Positions 12,047-21,403 of a stretch of 64,000 bases of DNA are shown here, in pieces. The position numbers and the translations under genes are program-made. The stretch spans positions 256,001-320,000 of the forward strand of contig CAWCAG010000005.1 of assembly GCA_963793425.1 (NCBI GenBank). The letters are read 5' to 3'. How positions within the stretch are numbered: the stretch's first letter is position 1; the number at the start of each line of letters is the position of its first letter. This DNA is from an uncultured cyanobacterium (GTDB taxonomy: Bacteria; Cyanobacteriota; Cyanobacteriia; Cyanobacteriales; CAWCAG01). Below the pieces are notes generated by a model. The model was not told the origin of the DNA, ran no database searches, and saw only the letters and a list, made by a program, of their open reading frames with translations.

Positions 12047-12613
12047 TTACAAACCTTCTAAAGGAACTTGTAAAAAACGAGCTAATTGCGCCCCTTGATT
12101 TTCTAGTTCCGTTAAGGAAATAGGTTCCCCTGCACGGGTTAGGGGAATTGGACCTTTACCTTTAACTCGTAAATAAAGTGACCGTTTGGGGTTTAAACCT
12201 TCTTTGATGTCCGCTTTAACAGATTGAACTTCTTCAATTTTGCAATCTATTTCCACACGACGATTTTTACCAGGGAAGTTCCAGCGGAAAATCTTGATGG
12301 AGTTATTTTTTTTGTTAAATTCGTTGTAGCCTCCTCCCACATCCCAAAAAATAACCAGGACTTGATAAAGAGAAACTAACAAACCAGCAACTCCATAAAA
12401 AGTCAAGGCTATTCCTTGAGGTATAAATTGGAGAGTGGATGTGTCGCTAACTATAAGTAAATTAGTATGAAGATAACTTGAAAGTCCTGCAAGAAGAAAG
12501 CCTAGACCTCCTATAAAAGCAGCTATAGCCCAAAAGTAGTTGCTAAGTCTTCGGGAACCTAGAACCTCTTGACGCAGAATATCGCTTTCTGTAGTAGTTG
12601 CCTGTGCTGTCAT
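12047..12613 (-). CDS. ycf4: Photosystem I assembly protein Ycf4
   Basis: GSRRLSNYFWA, FIPQGI, FRWNFPGKNRR, LARFLQVPLEG. Confidence 0.96.
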   Translation of the reverse strand: MTAQATTTESDILRQEVLGSRRLSNYFWAIAAFIGGLGFLLAGLSSYLHTNLLIVSDTSTLQFIPQGIALTFYGVAGLLVSLYQVLVIFWDVGGGYNEFNKKNNSIKIFRWNFPGKNRRVEIDCKIEEVQSVKADIKEGLNPKRSLYLRVKGKGPIPLTRAGEPISLTELENQGAQLARFLQVPLEGL

Positions 12614-12687
12614 GGAAGAAGCTTAACCACAATAATTTGTTTCGTCAGTTTTTAGTGTGACACCAATCAAGTTGGGAAACAAGGGCA

Positions 12688-12714
12688 TGGCTAATGGCTA
12701 ATGGCTAATGGCTA
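12688..12714. repeat. Heptamer tandem repeat (TGGCTAA)n overlapping the 3' end of the radical SAM gene
   Basis: tggctaatggctaatggctaatggcta visible. Confidence 0.8.
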
Positions 12715-15343
12715 GTTGCTGACTACTCAAGATTAACTGCTGGCGATGAACTTTAAGAAGTTGAAACTCATTCTCTGTTACCGTTTCTAGCATATAAATA
12801 AAGTGTTCTGGCTGTAAAAGAGTGCCGTCATTACGATAACTACCAACATAGCGTAATAACACTTCATTGTTTTCTTGAGATTGAGAAATTAACTCTAGTT
12901 CAAAGAGGCGATCCCGCAAATTAATGACTTTCTTTTTCCCAGATTTAGTAAGTTTCTCCCAGTTGATTTCTTGACTTTGTTTAATTTCATCTAACCACTG
13001 TTGCCAGGTTTCCTTAGATACCATTTCTGTAGTTGCAATGGTCAGGAGATACTCTGCTTTTTCCAACAACCGATTAGCAGAAAGGGACTTAATGGCAACT
13101 TCTTCACCGTGGAAAAGAGTAATATCTTTGGGTAACTGTTCAGCTAACTTTGCTTGGAAAGTGTCAACATCCATAGCTTCAGTTAGTTCAAAATCAACAA
13201 TTTCCCCGCTACTAGTCGCCCCTAATGATAAAGCGCTAGCGATGGATATTCTTGGCCCTGGATGGTAGCCTCCGGTGAAGGAAATGGGCAAAGAAGCACG
13301 ACGTATGGCACGATCAAATAGCCGTACTAAATCTAAATGACTAACTAAGGCCATTTCTCCTTGTTTGCCAAACCAAATCCTTAACCTTTGTACCCGATTG
13401 GTGTTTGGTTGAAATTCTCCGTCAAATTCCGGAATCGGCGGCACTTCCGCGACAATATTATGACCAAAATCTGTACCACAGATGCCACATTGAGAACAGC
13501 CTTCATAGGAACAATCAGGTACAATAGTTGCTTCTAAAGCCCGTTGTAAGTCAGCTTTAAGCCACTCTTTATCAATGCCGGTATCGAGATGATCCCAAGG
13601 TAATCTTGCACTTAACCTGCTATCCCAATTATACTCCTGGCGACGACCTTCACTAGCAACTTTCTGGTTATCACTTTCCATGATATTCCATTCCCCCTCT
13701 GTCATCTGGCGATATTTCCAGGTTAAATCTGCATCTGCGATCGCTTCTTCCCAAGCTTGAAAGGCTTTGTTTAAGTTTTCCCACCAAGAATCCATTCCTG
13801 CCCCTAATTCCCAAGCCCTTCTGACTACAGCAGCAAGAGTGCGATCGCCTCTCCCTACAAAGTCTTCCATTGCTGAGATGCGGGTGTCTGTGTAATTAAC
13901 CTTAACTCCTTTGAGGTGACGAAATTCTGCTTTCAGTATTTGTTGCTTGCGACTAAATTCTGAGGTTGAGACTGAGTGCCATTGGAAGGGGGTATGGGGT
14001 TTGGGGGTGAAGTTGGAGATGGTGATATTAAAATCTAACCTTTTTCTACCCTTGAGGCGACATTCTTGACGCAACCAGCGAATGGTTTCAGCTATACCAA
14101 TAACATCAGCATCGGTTTCCCCCGGCAAACCAACCATGAAGTAAAGTTTGATTTTGTCCCAACCCTGTTCAAAAGCGGTTTTTACCCCCCGCAACAATTC
14201 TTCGTTGGTGAGTCCTTTGTTAATGACATCCCGCATCCTTTGAGTCCCTGCTTCTGGGGCAAAGGTTAAGCCCGATTTGCGAGTACCGCCAATAATTTTA
14301 GCAATGTTTTCATCAAAGCGATCTACTCTTTGACTAGGAAGAGAAAGGGAAATATTCTCATCTTTGAGGCGATTTCTCACTTCCATGCCTACAGCAGGTA
14401 AGGAAAGATAATCAGAACAACTTAAAGACAGGAGGGAAAATTCATTATATCCAGTGGCCCGCATTCCTTTTTCAATAGCATCCACCACTTTAGCAGGTTC
14501 AACATCTGTGGCCGGCCGGGTTAACATTCCCGGTTGACAAAAGCGACAACCACGGGTGCAACCCCTCCTTATTTCTACAGTTAAGCGGTCATGAACGGTT
14601 TGCACATAGGGGACTAAACCGATAGAATAGGCAGGAATAGGAGTAGCCACCCGGCGCAAAATTCGCTTCGGTACGTTGGGATGATTAGGATGTACTGAAC
14701 CATCGGCTGCACTGTCGTAAAAGCGAGGTACATAAACCCCAGGAACTTGCGCTAAATCTAAGAGTAATGCCTTTTTACTTAAACCAGCAACTTTTGCTTC
14801 TTGAATAACTAAACCAATTTCTGGTAATAATTCTTCCCCATCTCCTAAGGCTATAAAGTCGAAAAAGTCCGCATAGGGTTCCGGGTTAGATGTGGCAGTT
14901 TGTCCCCCAGCGAAAATGAGGGGATAATCTCCTGCTTCTCTTTCTCGCCAAGTCAGAGCAATACCTGCTAAATCCAACATCTCCAGGATATTGGTAGCCC
15001 CCAATTCATAACTGAGACTAAAACCTAAGATATCAAAGTCTAGAAGAGGACGGCGGGACTCTAGGGCAAATAAAGGAGTTTTAGTTTCCCTTAACTTAGC
15101 AGCTAAATCGGAAGCTGGTAAATAGGAGCGATCGCATAGTTGTTGAGGTTGAGCATTCAAAACATTGTAGAGGATAATATGCCCTAAATTAGAGGCCCCC
15201 ACTTCATAGATTTCTGGATAAGTCAAAACCCAACGCACCTGGGCATCAGCCCAAGGTTTGCGTACTGCACCTAATTCATTACCCAGGTAACGCGCCGGTT
15301 TATTAATTTCCGGAGTTAAAATTTCCTCGATTGCAACTACCAC
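12698..15343 (-). CDS. Radical SAM protein (TIGR03960-like) fused to a C-terminal radical SAM-linked domain (TIGR03936/DUF2344-like)
   Basis: KPARYLGNE start, CTRGCRFC cluster motif, C-terminal SHLDLVRLFDRAIRRA...GYHPGPRIS. Confidence 0.88.
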   Translation of the reverse strand: MVVAIEEILTPEINKPARYLGNELGAVRKPWADAQVRWVLTYPEIYEVGASNLGHIILYNVLNAQPQQLCDRSYLPASDLAAKLRETKTPLFALESRRPLLDFDILGFSLSYELGATNILEMLDLAGIALTWREREAGDYPLIFAGGQTATSNPEPYADFFDFIALGDGEELLPEIGLVIQEAKVAGLSKKALLLDLAQVPGVYVPRFYDSAADGSVHPNHPNVPKRILRRVATPIPAYSIGLVPYVQTVHDRLTVEIRRGCTRGCRFCQPGMLTRPATDVEPAKVVDAIEKGMRATGYNEFSLLSLSCSDYLSLPAVGMEVRNRLKDENISLSLPSQRVDRFDENIAKIIGGTRKSGLTFAPEAGTQRMRDVINKGLTNEELLRGVKTAFEQGWDKIKLYFMVGLPGETDADVIGIAETIRWLRQECRLKGRKRLDFNITISNFTPKPHTPFQWHSVSTSEFSRKQQILKAEFRHLKGVKVNYTDTRISAMEDFVGRGDRTLAAVVRRAWELGAGMDSWWENLNKAFQAWEEAIADADLTWKYRQMTEGEWNIMESDNQKVASEGRRQEYNWDSRLSARLPWDHLDTGIDKEWLKADLQRALEATIVPDCSYEGCSQCGICGTDFGHNIVAEVPPIPEFDGEFQPNTNRVQRLRIWFGKQGEMALVSHLDLVRLFDRAIRRASLPISFTGGYHPGPRISIASALSLGATSSGEIVDFELTEAMDVDTFQAKLAEQLPKDITLFHGEEVAIKSLSANRLLEKAEYLLTIATTEMVSKETWQQWLDEIKQSQEINWEKLTKSGKKKVINLRDRLFELELISQSQENNEVLLRYVGSYRNDGTLLQPEHFIYMLETVTENEFQLLKVHRQQLILSSQQLAISH

Positions 15344-15448
15344 GTTGGTTTCCTCTTTGATTTGGTGCTGGCTTTATCTAGTTTAAGATAAAAAATAGAG
15401 ACAAAGATCAGCAGTTTAGAATCCAAAGAGGATTAAGATAGCACCGAG

Positions 15449-15784
15449 TTAAATAGCTGCGTAGTCTGTATATGGTCGCACATTAGGATGTTGAAATCCT
15501 AGAACAATATTTTCTCTAAGAATTCCTCTTTCTACAAGTTTTTCGGCTATTCTCATCTCCGTCATATTTTGTTGAACCCAGATTTTTCCTTGTATAATAT
15601 CCAGATGCAAAACACAACCATAAGCCCTGCGATCGCCATCCCAGCCTAAATTCATTACTTGGTAATGGTCTTGTTTAGTGTCAAAGACTGTGTAGCAATC
15701 AATGGAGCCATTTTTGATAGGAATAGCAGCATAAGCAGTTAACAAAGACTGAATTATATCGCGATAAAATTCTAAGATATCCAT
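15449..15784 (-). CDS. xisI: XisI family protein
   Basis: 111 aa; DHYQVMNLGW, GCVLHLDII, GKIWVQQNMTE, IVLGF; overlaps the xisH stop. Confidence 0.92.
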   Translation of the reverse strand: MDILEFYRDIIQSLLTAYAAIPIKNGSIDCYTVFDTKQDHYQVMNLGWDGDRRAYGCVLHLDIIQGKIWVQQNMTEMRIAEKLVERGILRENIVLGFQHPNVRPYTDYAAI

Positions 15785-16288
15785 TGCAAAATTACCTCTT
15801 TATCTAGATCATAAATAATTTGTTTAAGTTGATATCTTTCTACAGAAATATGAGCAAATTCTCTTTTAAAGAAGGTTTTATAAGCACTTGAAGGTACTGC
15901 TAAATATAGTAAGCTGATGTGCCTTTAAACTGTGTATTACTCAACTAGGAAATAAGCCCTAAAACCCTCTCCCCATCAAACCTAATAAGTGAATTAAATG
16001 CCTGACAGCTTATACGTATCGGTTCATCTATTTCTAAAGCAAGGCGATAATTCAAAAACTGCCCCAAAGCTGCATGGTAGTCAGTTAATGGCGAATCACT
16101 CAAGAAAGTTTTAATTTCAACGGCAATTTTTTCTTGCCCTCTTTCTGCTGCTAATAGTTGTTTTGCCCCAAATCAATTTCAAATTTGGTTCCTCCTACTT
16201 CAATTTGTAAAGGATCGTCGGTTATTGTCCACTGCTCTTTTTCTAGAGCAATTCTAACCGCAGCATGAAATTTATCTTTAGCAGCCAT
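15772..16288 (-). pseudogene. xisH: XisH family gene disrupted by a 1-bp deletion (~16167) and a 99-bp MITE
   Basis: Manual translation MAAKDKFHAAVRIALEKEQWTITDDPL...IDLG / AKQLLAAERGQEKIAVEIKTF...LGQFLNYRLAL...PIRI [insert] LYLAVP...EVILQWIS*. Confidence 0.9.
15912..16010. mobile_element. 99-bp MITE with imperfect terminal inverted repeats and TA target duplication
   Basis: TA|AGCTGATGTGCCTTTAA...TTAAATGCCTGACAGCT|TA; removing it plus one TA restores the xisH frame (PIRILYLAVP). Confidence 0.88.
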
Positions 16289-16356
16289 CGTGTGCTTCTT
16301 CTATTTTATCTACGATAATATAACAATAATTTTAACCTGAATCGAATTCAAGCTTC

Positions 16357-17199
16357 ATGATTCCAGAATATAAAATCTTAAAAGAATATCCCGAACTAGT
16401 TAAATATGTTATAGACTTTTTTGCTTCAAAAGCAACTAATCCAAATGTTTATAAACAAATTAGAGAAGTATGCAAAAATAACAAAAGTTTGGAATATTCT
16501 CAATCTCGCAAGCTTTTTCTTGATTTGGGGTATTTTCACAAAACAGATGTAATATTATTTGGAGTTAAAACTCGAAAAGATAATCTTATTGATAACTGCA
16601 TTTTTGGATTCAGCTATATTGCTGAAAAATATAGAAATTCTGTATTCAAAATAGAAGTAGAGAAATACGAAGGTGTGATTAACATTGGAACAGGATTTCT
16701 TTACTATACTAAAGATTTGATCATTACAGCTAAACACGTAGTCCAAGCTAAAGATACTATCATTATTAAGTCTATCCTCGACATAGATAATAACCTAATA
16801 GATTTTGATAGAGATAAGATTAGAATTTTTCCAGACAATGATATTGCTTTCATTCCCCTAACTTCTAATTACGAAGCAGAAGGGTTATATCCTGGAATCG
16901 AATTTGATATTCTAGACGATGTAATAACTTTAGAATACCCTAAAGTTTCCACAACAAAAGCGGCTTACTTGGTGGCACACAGAGGTGAAATCAATTCTAA
17001 AGTTGAAAATTATTGGGGAAATCAACTACTTTTATTCTCAGCCAAAACATCTCCTGGTAGTAGTGGTAGCCCTATAATAAATAGAATGGGTTTATTTGTA
17101 GGAGTGGTATCAGAAAATCTTTATAGAAAGGAAGCATCAGAAGACCATCTGCATATTCCTTATCATGCAGGAATACCATCCTCTACTTTTATCAAATAA
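16357..17199 (+). CDS. Trypsin-like (S1) serine protease with a short N-terminal extension
   Basis: GTGF, ITAKH (His), DIAFI (Asp), PGSSGSPI (Ser); very AT-rich; no obvious signal peptide. Confidence 0.85.
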   Translation: MIPEYKILKEYPELVKYVIDFFASKATNPNVYKQIREVCKNNKSLEYSQSRKLFLDLGYFHKTDVILFGVKTRKDNLIDNCIFGFSYIAEKYRNSVFKIEVEKYEGVINIGTGFLYYTKDLIITAKHVVQAKDTIIIKSILDIDNNLIDFDRDKIRIFPDNDIAFIPLTSNYEAEGLYPGIEFDILDDVITLEYPKVSTTKAAYLVAHRGEINSKVENYWGNQLLLFSAKTSPGSSGSPIINRMGLFVGVVSENLYRKEASEDHLHIPYHAGIPSSTFIK

Positions 17200-17498
17200 A
17201 TAAAAAACACGACAATAAAAGTCGTATGTTACGAGTAAAATAATTTTTTACACTAAGATAAACTAACTCAATAAAGTGCATGATCTGATTATTAAGGTCA
17301 TTGTGAATAAGGGTCTGCGCTTGGAACCGAAAGGATTTTGTCGAAAATGGTTAGATTATCCCAAACCGGGAGAGTGGGGCTATAGAAAAGCTTGTGTAAC
17401 TCTTTGGAGTGAGCGAAAATACAGTTGTAAGGATTGCGCTCGTTATCTTTTTCGATTTGTAGCTTGATCTAGTTTAAGATCAAAAAACTGCGATCGCT

Positions 17499-19712
17499 GT
17501 GATACTTCTTAAAAGAAAGTGTTTTATTTTTCGAGTGATATATCAACAACCAAAGTTTATCGATCTTTTTGCCGGAATTGGTGGGTTTCGACTAGCTTTT
17601 GAACAAGCTGGTTATCAATGTGTATATTCTTGTGAAATTAATGAAGCTTGCCAAAAAGTTTATTTCAATAACTTTGGTGAAGTGCCAGAAGATGATGTTA
17701 CTCAAATAAACACAGAGGAAATTCCTAATTTTGATGTTTTAACCGCAGGTTTCCCCTGCCAACCTTTTAGTATTTGCGGCAGAAGAGAAGGATTTCAAGA
17801 TACCAGAGGGTCTTTATTTTTTTATATCTGTAAAGTTGTTGAAGCTAAAAAACCAGCAGTCGTTGTACTAGAAAATGTCAAGCATTTGATTCATCTAGAA
17901 AAAGGTAGAACCCTTGATACTATTATTTACTCCTTAGAAAAATTAGGTTATTTAGTTGACTATAAACTTCTTAATGCCAAGGACTTCGGCGTTCCTCAAA
18001 ACAGAGAAAGAATAATCATTATAGCTACTCAAATAAAAAAGTTTGACTTTGATTTAATCAGGACTATCTCTCCTGTTCCAAATTTAAAAGAATTTCTTGA
18101 TAAAAAAGGTGACTTTGAATATTTAACACCCCAAGAATATACGATGATTGATAATCCGAAAAAACAAGCATCAGGATTAATTTTTGTTGGTTATCGCAAT
18201 AAAGGTATTTGGAAAAAAGGAGTTAGACCGAATACGCAGCATCTATCTAGAGTTCATCGTCAACCTAATCGCATTTATTCAATAGAAGGAGTGCATCCAA
18301 CTCTTCCTTCTCAAGAAAGTTCGGGTCGTTTCTTCATCTATCTTCCCAAAGAAGATGCTGTTCGTAAATTAACAATTGAAGAATGTTATAGAATCATGGG
18401 CTTTCCTCATGATTTCACAATACACAGTAATCTTTCAGAATGTTATAAGCAAATTGGGAATTCTGTCTGTATTCCTATGATATATGAATTAGCAGTTCAA
18501 CTAAAAACACAAAAGCTAATAGATGATTTAGAATCTAATCTGCAAAAATCCAAGATTTTTGATGTTTGTCCAGAAAATATTCAATTAGAGATATTTAATA
18601 TCAACAAAATGAATCATAGAGATAAACTAACTCGAATTTACGAAACATCGATAAACATAGACGATATTCAAAATGCGATACCTGAAACTTATCAATCATT
18701 TATTACTGAAGTTTCTCAAAACTGCTTCAAGCAAAAGGGAGTTTATACTGTTTTAATCACATTATTGGTTCACAAGATAATAAATCCTGAACAAGATATT
18801 AGATATCATCAATCGAATATGAATGGAGGATTTTCAGGAAGAACTATTGATACTCAATATATTACTCCAACCTTAAAAGAGTTAGGGCTTCCTGCCATGG
18901 CTGAAAGTGGTTGGTTAACTCGCTCCCTTGAACAACCTTACCCTTATACGTTGGATTATAACGGCAAGATAAACAACAAAAAAGTTAAAGAGGCTTTTCT
19001 GCAACTGGTTGATTTTATTCAAAAGAAACCTCAAAAAGCGGAAACTGTATTAAAGCTCCTTTTATATCAAGTTAGAAAAATCGCCCAAGCAAATCAAGTC
19101 AAAATTATTAAAATATCTAATACTGAAAAATTTGATATTAATATTATTATCGACTACCTGCAAGAACATTTTCATTTCAACTATAAAACTCGTGGAGCCT
19201 CAAAACTTCCAGTCATTGCGTTTTATGCAATCTATCAAAGATTGATTGAAGAAGTTGAAAGATACAAATTTTGTCGCTTAAAAGAGTTAGGAAGTCATAC
19301 AGCTTCTGATCGAACATCTAAAAGTGCAGGAGATATTGAAATTATAGATAAAAACAAGAAGATAATAGAAGTTTTAGAAATCAAGCATGGTAAGAAAATA
19401 GACTTTCAAATGCTTTTAATTGCTAAAGAAAAAATTATTAGATTTAAGCCAAGAAGGTATTATATTTTTTCATCTGCTGATCTCAAAGAGTCTGACCGCA
19501 CTAAAATCAACCGAGAAATTGAAGAAATTAAAAACAACTATGGGTGTCAAGTGATTGTCAATGGAATTCTGCCTACTCTGAAATATTACTTGAGACTAAT
19601 TATGTCCCTAGAAGATTTTGTTCGAGGATATTCAAGTTTAATTGCATCAGATAATGAACTTCAATTAATTCATAAGACCAAGTGGAATGAAATTCTATCC
19701 AAAAGGAACTAA
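17499..19712 (+). CDS. DNA (cytosine-5)-methyltransferase fused to a putative PD-(D/E)xK restriction endonuclease domain
   Basis: N-half motifs FAGIGG, GFPCQ, ENV, QNRERI, RKLTIEEC, YKQIGNSV; ~370-aa C-half with AGDIEII...EVLEIK. Confidence 0.82.
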   Translation: MILLKRKCFIFRVIYQQPKFIDLFAGIGGFRLAFEQAGYQCVYSCEINEACQKVYFNNFGEVPEDDVTQINTEEIPNFDVLTAGFPCQPFSICGRREGFQDTRGSLFFYICKVVEAKKPAVVVLENVKHLIHLEKGRTLDTIIYSLEKLGYLVDYKLLNAKDFGVPQNRERIIIIATQIKKFDFDLIRTISPVPNLKEFLDKKGDFEYLTPQEYTMIDNPKKQASGLIFVGYRNKGIWKKGVRPNTQHLSRVHRQPNRIYSIEGVHPTLPSQESSGRFFIYLPKEDAVRKLTIEECYRIMGFPHDFTIHSNLSECYKQIGNSVCIPMIYELAVQLKTQKLIDDLESNLQKSKIFDVCPENIQLEIFNINKMNHRDKLTRIYETSINIDDIQNAIPETYQSFITEVSQNCFKQKGVYTVLITLLVHKIINPEQDIRYHQSNMNGGFSGRTIDTQYITPTLKELGLPAMAESGWLTRSLEQPYPYTLDYNGKINNKKVKEAFLQLVDFIQKKPQKAETVLKLLLYQVRKIAQANQVKIIKISNTEKFDINIIIDYLQEHFHFNYKTRGASKLPVIAFYAIYQRLIEEVERYKFCRLKELGSHTASDRTSKSAGDIEIIDKNKKIIEVLEIKHGKKIDFQMLLIAKEKIIRFKPRRYYIFSSADLKESDRTKINREIEEIKNNYGCQVIVNGILPTLKYYLRLIMSLEDFVRGYSSLIASDNELQLIHKTKWNEILSKRN

Positions 19713-19805
19713 ATTTTTACTTAAAAAGGTTGAATGGAAGTACTTCATTAATCTGCTAAAGGCAGTAAGTACTTCCAGCCATATGTTACGGAGTTATAGC
19801 TTCAT

Positions 19806-20141
19806 TCAAGCTAAGGTTGCTTCAAAAGCATCATGGCTATCAAAAATCTCTAAGATGCGATCTAGTTGACTTAACTCCAAAATAATTTTTACAGAGGGGG
19901 CAACAGAACAAAAAATTAAACGTCTACCCAAGTTTTGTGCCAACCGGAAAGCGGCAACCAAAGCCATTAAAGTTGTGTTATCTAAAGAATCTACTTTCTT
20001 CATATCGATTAAAAGCACAGAATCTTTTTGAGAAGCAACAAGTTTAGTTAACTGACCTCCAAACTCCGCCGCGTTAGAAGGGATGATATGGCTGTAAGAT
20101 GATACCTGAGTAAGATGGGAGCAAACGGCTACGTTGATCAT
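19806..20141 (-). CDS. STAS-domain anti-sigma factor antagonist-like protein
   Basis: LLIDMKKVDSLD, VKIILELSQLDRILEIF. Confidence 0.85.
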   Translation of the reverse strand: MINVAVCSHLTQVSSYSHIIPSNAAEFGGQLTKLVASQKDSVLLIDMKKVDSLDNTTLMALVAAFRLAQNLGRRLIFCSVAPSVKIILELSQLDRILEIFDSHDAFEATLA

Positions 20142-20174
20142 GGGTTTAAATATTTAGAAACGACCAATCTAGTT

Positions 20175-20216
20175 AAGATACTTCATTGCCACTACATTTT
20201 GTGTATCAAAATTTAC
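20175..20216 (-). promoter_or_regulatory. Putative NtcA-activated promoter (GTA-N8-TAC, 22 nt, TAN3T) for the STAS gene
   Basis: GTAtcaaaattTAC at 20203-20216; TATCTT on the minus strand exactly 22 nt downstream (20180-20175). Confidence 0.55.
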
Positions 20217-20675
20217 TATTAACTTTTATAAATGTCTCTTGTCAAAGTGTAAGTTTCATATCAATAATCAAGCTGAAGCAAAGCGTGATTTTGGGAAGAT
20301 ATATTTTAGAGTTGTTGGAAAATAAATAATTTATTATTCTCAACAAAGATAGGAAAATCGAATTTCTATCTTTGTAAATCCTCCTCTAGATGTATATAGT
20401 AAAAGCTAAAAAGATTAAGTTTCAAATACTTTCTGCGGTGAAGCTTGTTGATTTGCATTAAATATTTACATGACAACTGACAGGAATAAGTTGATTCCAA
20501 ATCAAAGCAGCACAAGCAATTGACGAAAGTCGAGCTAATAATATTAGTCATCTCAAACACATTGTTAGCCGTCTAGCGGTGATTTTGGTCACAGAAAAAA
20601 GCACGAACAGATCACTATAGGAAGCAGAAATTCCCCCCTAGAATGTTTTTATACCTAATAGTTCTACTAAACGCC

Positions 20676-20870
20676 GTGAAGAGAACTCGTGCTATTCGTC
20701 AACTGGTAGAAAAAGCGCTCTATTTCAGAAGCTTAACTCCTGAAATAGAGAACGCTATCAACTCTGAATTGACTCAAACAGGCTATATTTCTGATGTGGA
20801 TTACGAAGCATTGGAACTACTAATGTCAGAGATGGATGCTGGCAGAATTAAGCTAGTACCTAGATTTTAG
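20676..20870 (+). CDS. Small hypothetical protein (likely GTG start)
   Basis: Protein-like composition (IRQLVEKAL...ISDVDYEALELLM). Confidence 0.6.
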   Translation: MKRTRAIRQLVEKALYFRSLTPEIENAINSELTQTGYISDVDYEALELLMSEMDAGRIKLVPRF

Positions 20871-20984
20871 TGATTATATACCCTAACTTATCTTGCTGTT
20901 TGGGAGTTAGTTACCAGGTTTAGGGATGTTTTTTATCCTTAAGCTGAATCAAAGTGTTAAACCCTATTTTCTAATAAACCATGA

Positions 20985-21374
20985 TTAAAAACCCTGAAAT
21001 TTAGCTTTGTGAACTTGCCAAAGCTGATTAACAAAAGAGTTGAGTTGCTGCCGTAACTGTTGCTCATCTTCATGATTTTTAGCAGGAACATCTAAGTTTT
21101 CTAACAGAGGTATAACTTCTGTATCTAAAGCCGGACGAAACAAACTTAAAGGCCAAACCAAATCAGCCGTTGAACGCAGATTATAAAGGGTTTTTTCCTG
21201 AGTATTCCAGGAATACGAACTAGTCTCAGCAGGAAAAATAGCCAATACCCAAGGGCGTACCCAGCACATTCTGCGCTGCTCAATAATTTGAATGACCTCG
21301 CTATAAAGATAAGTATTTTCATATTCTAAGCAAACGATCTGATGAGATTGGAAATTGACCTGAGATTGGTTCAT
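20985..21374 (-). CDS. Hypothetical protein
   Basis: 129-aa ORF co-oriented directly downstream of rnb. Confidence 0.7.
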   Translation of the reverse strand: MNQSQVNFQSHQIVCLEYENTYLYSEVIQIIEQRRMCWVRPWVLAIFPAETSSYSWNTQEKTLYNLRSTADLVWPLSLFRPALDTEVIPLLENLDVPAKNHEDEQQLRQQLNSFVNQLWQVHKAKFQGF

Positions 21375-21403
21375 TGAGCTTAGATTCAGTTGAAAACGAC
21401 AAA

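Noticed and set aside
15449..16288. xisHI as evidence of an fdxN-type excision element
   Set aside because: No XisF-like recombinase or interrupted target gene nearby; xisHI pairs are commonly dispersed in cyanobacteria.
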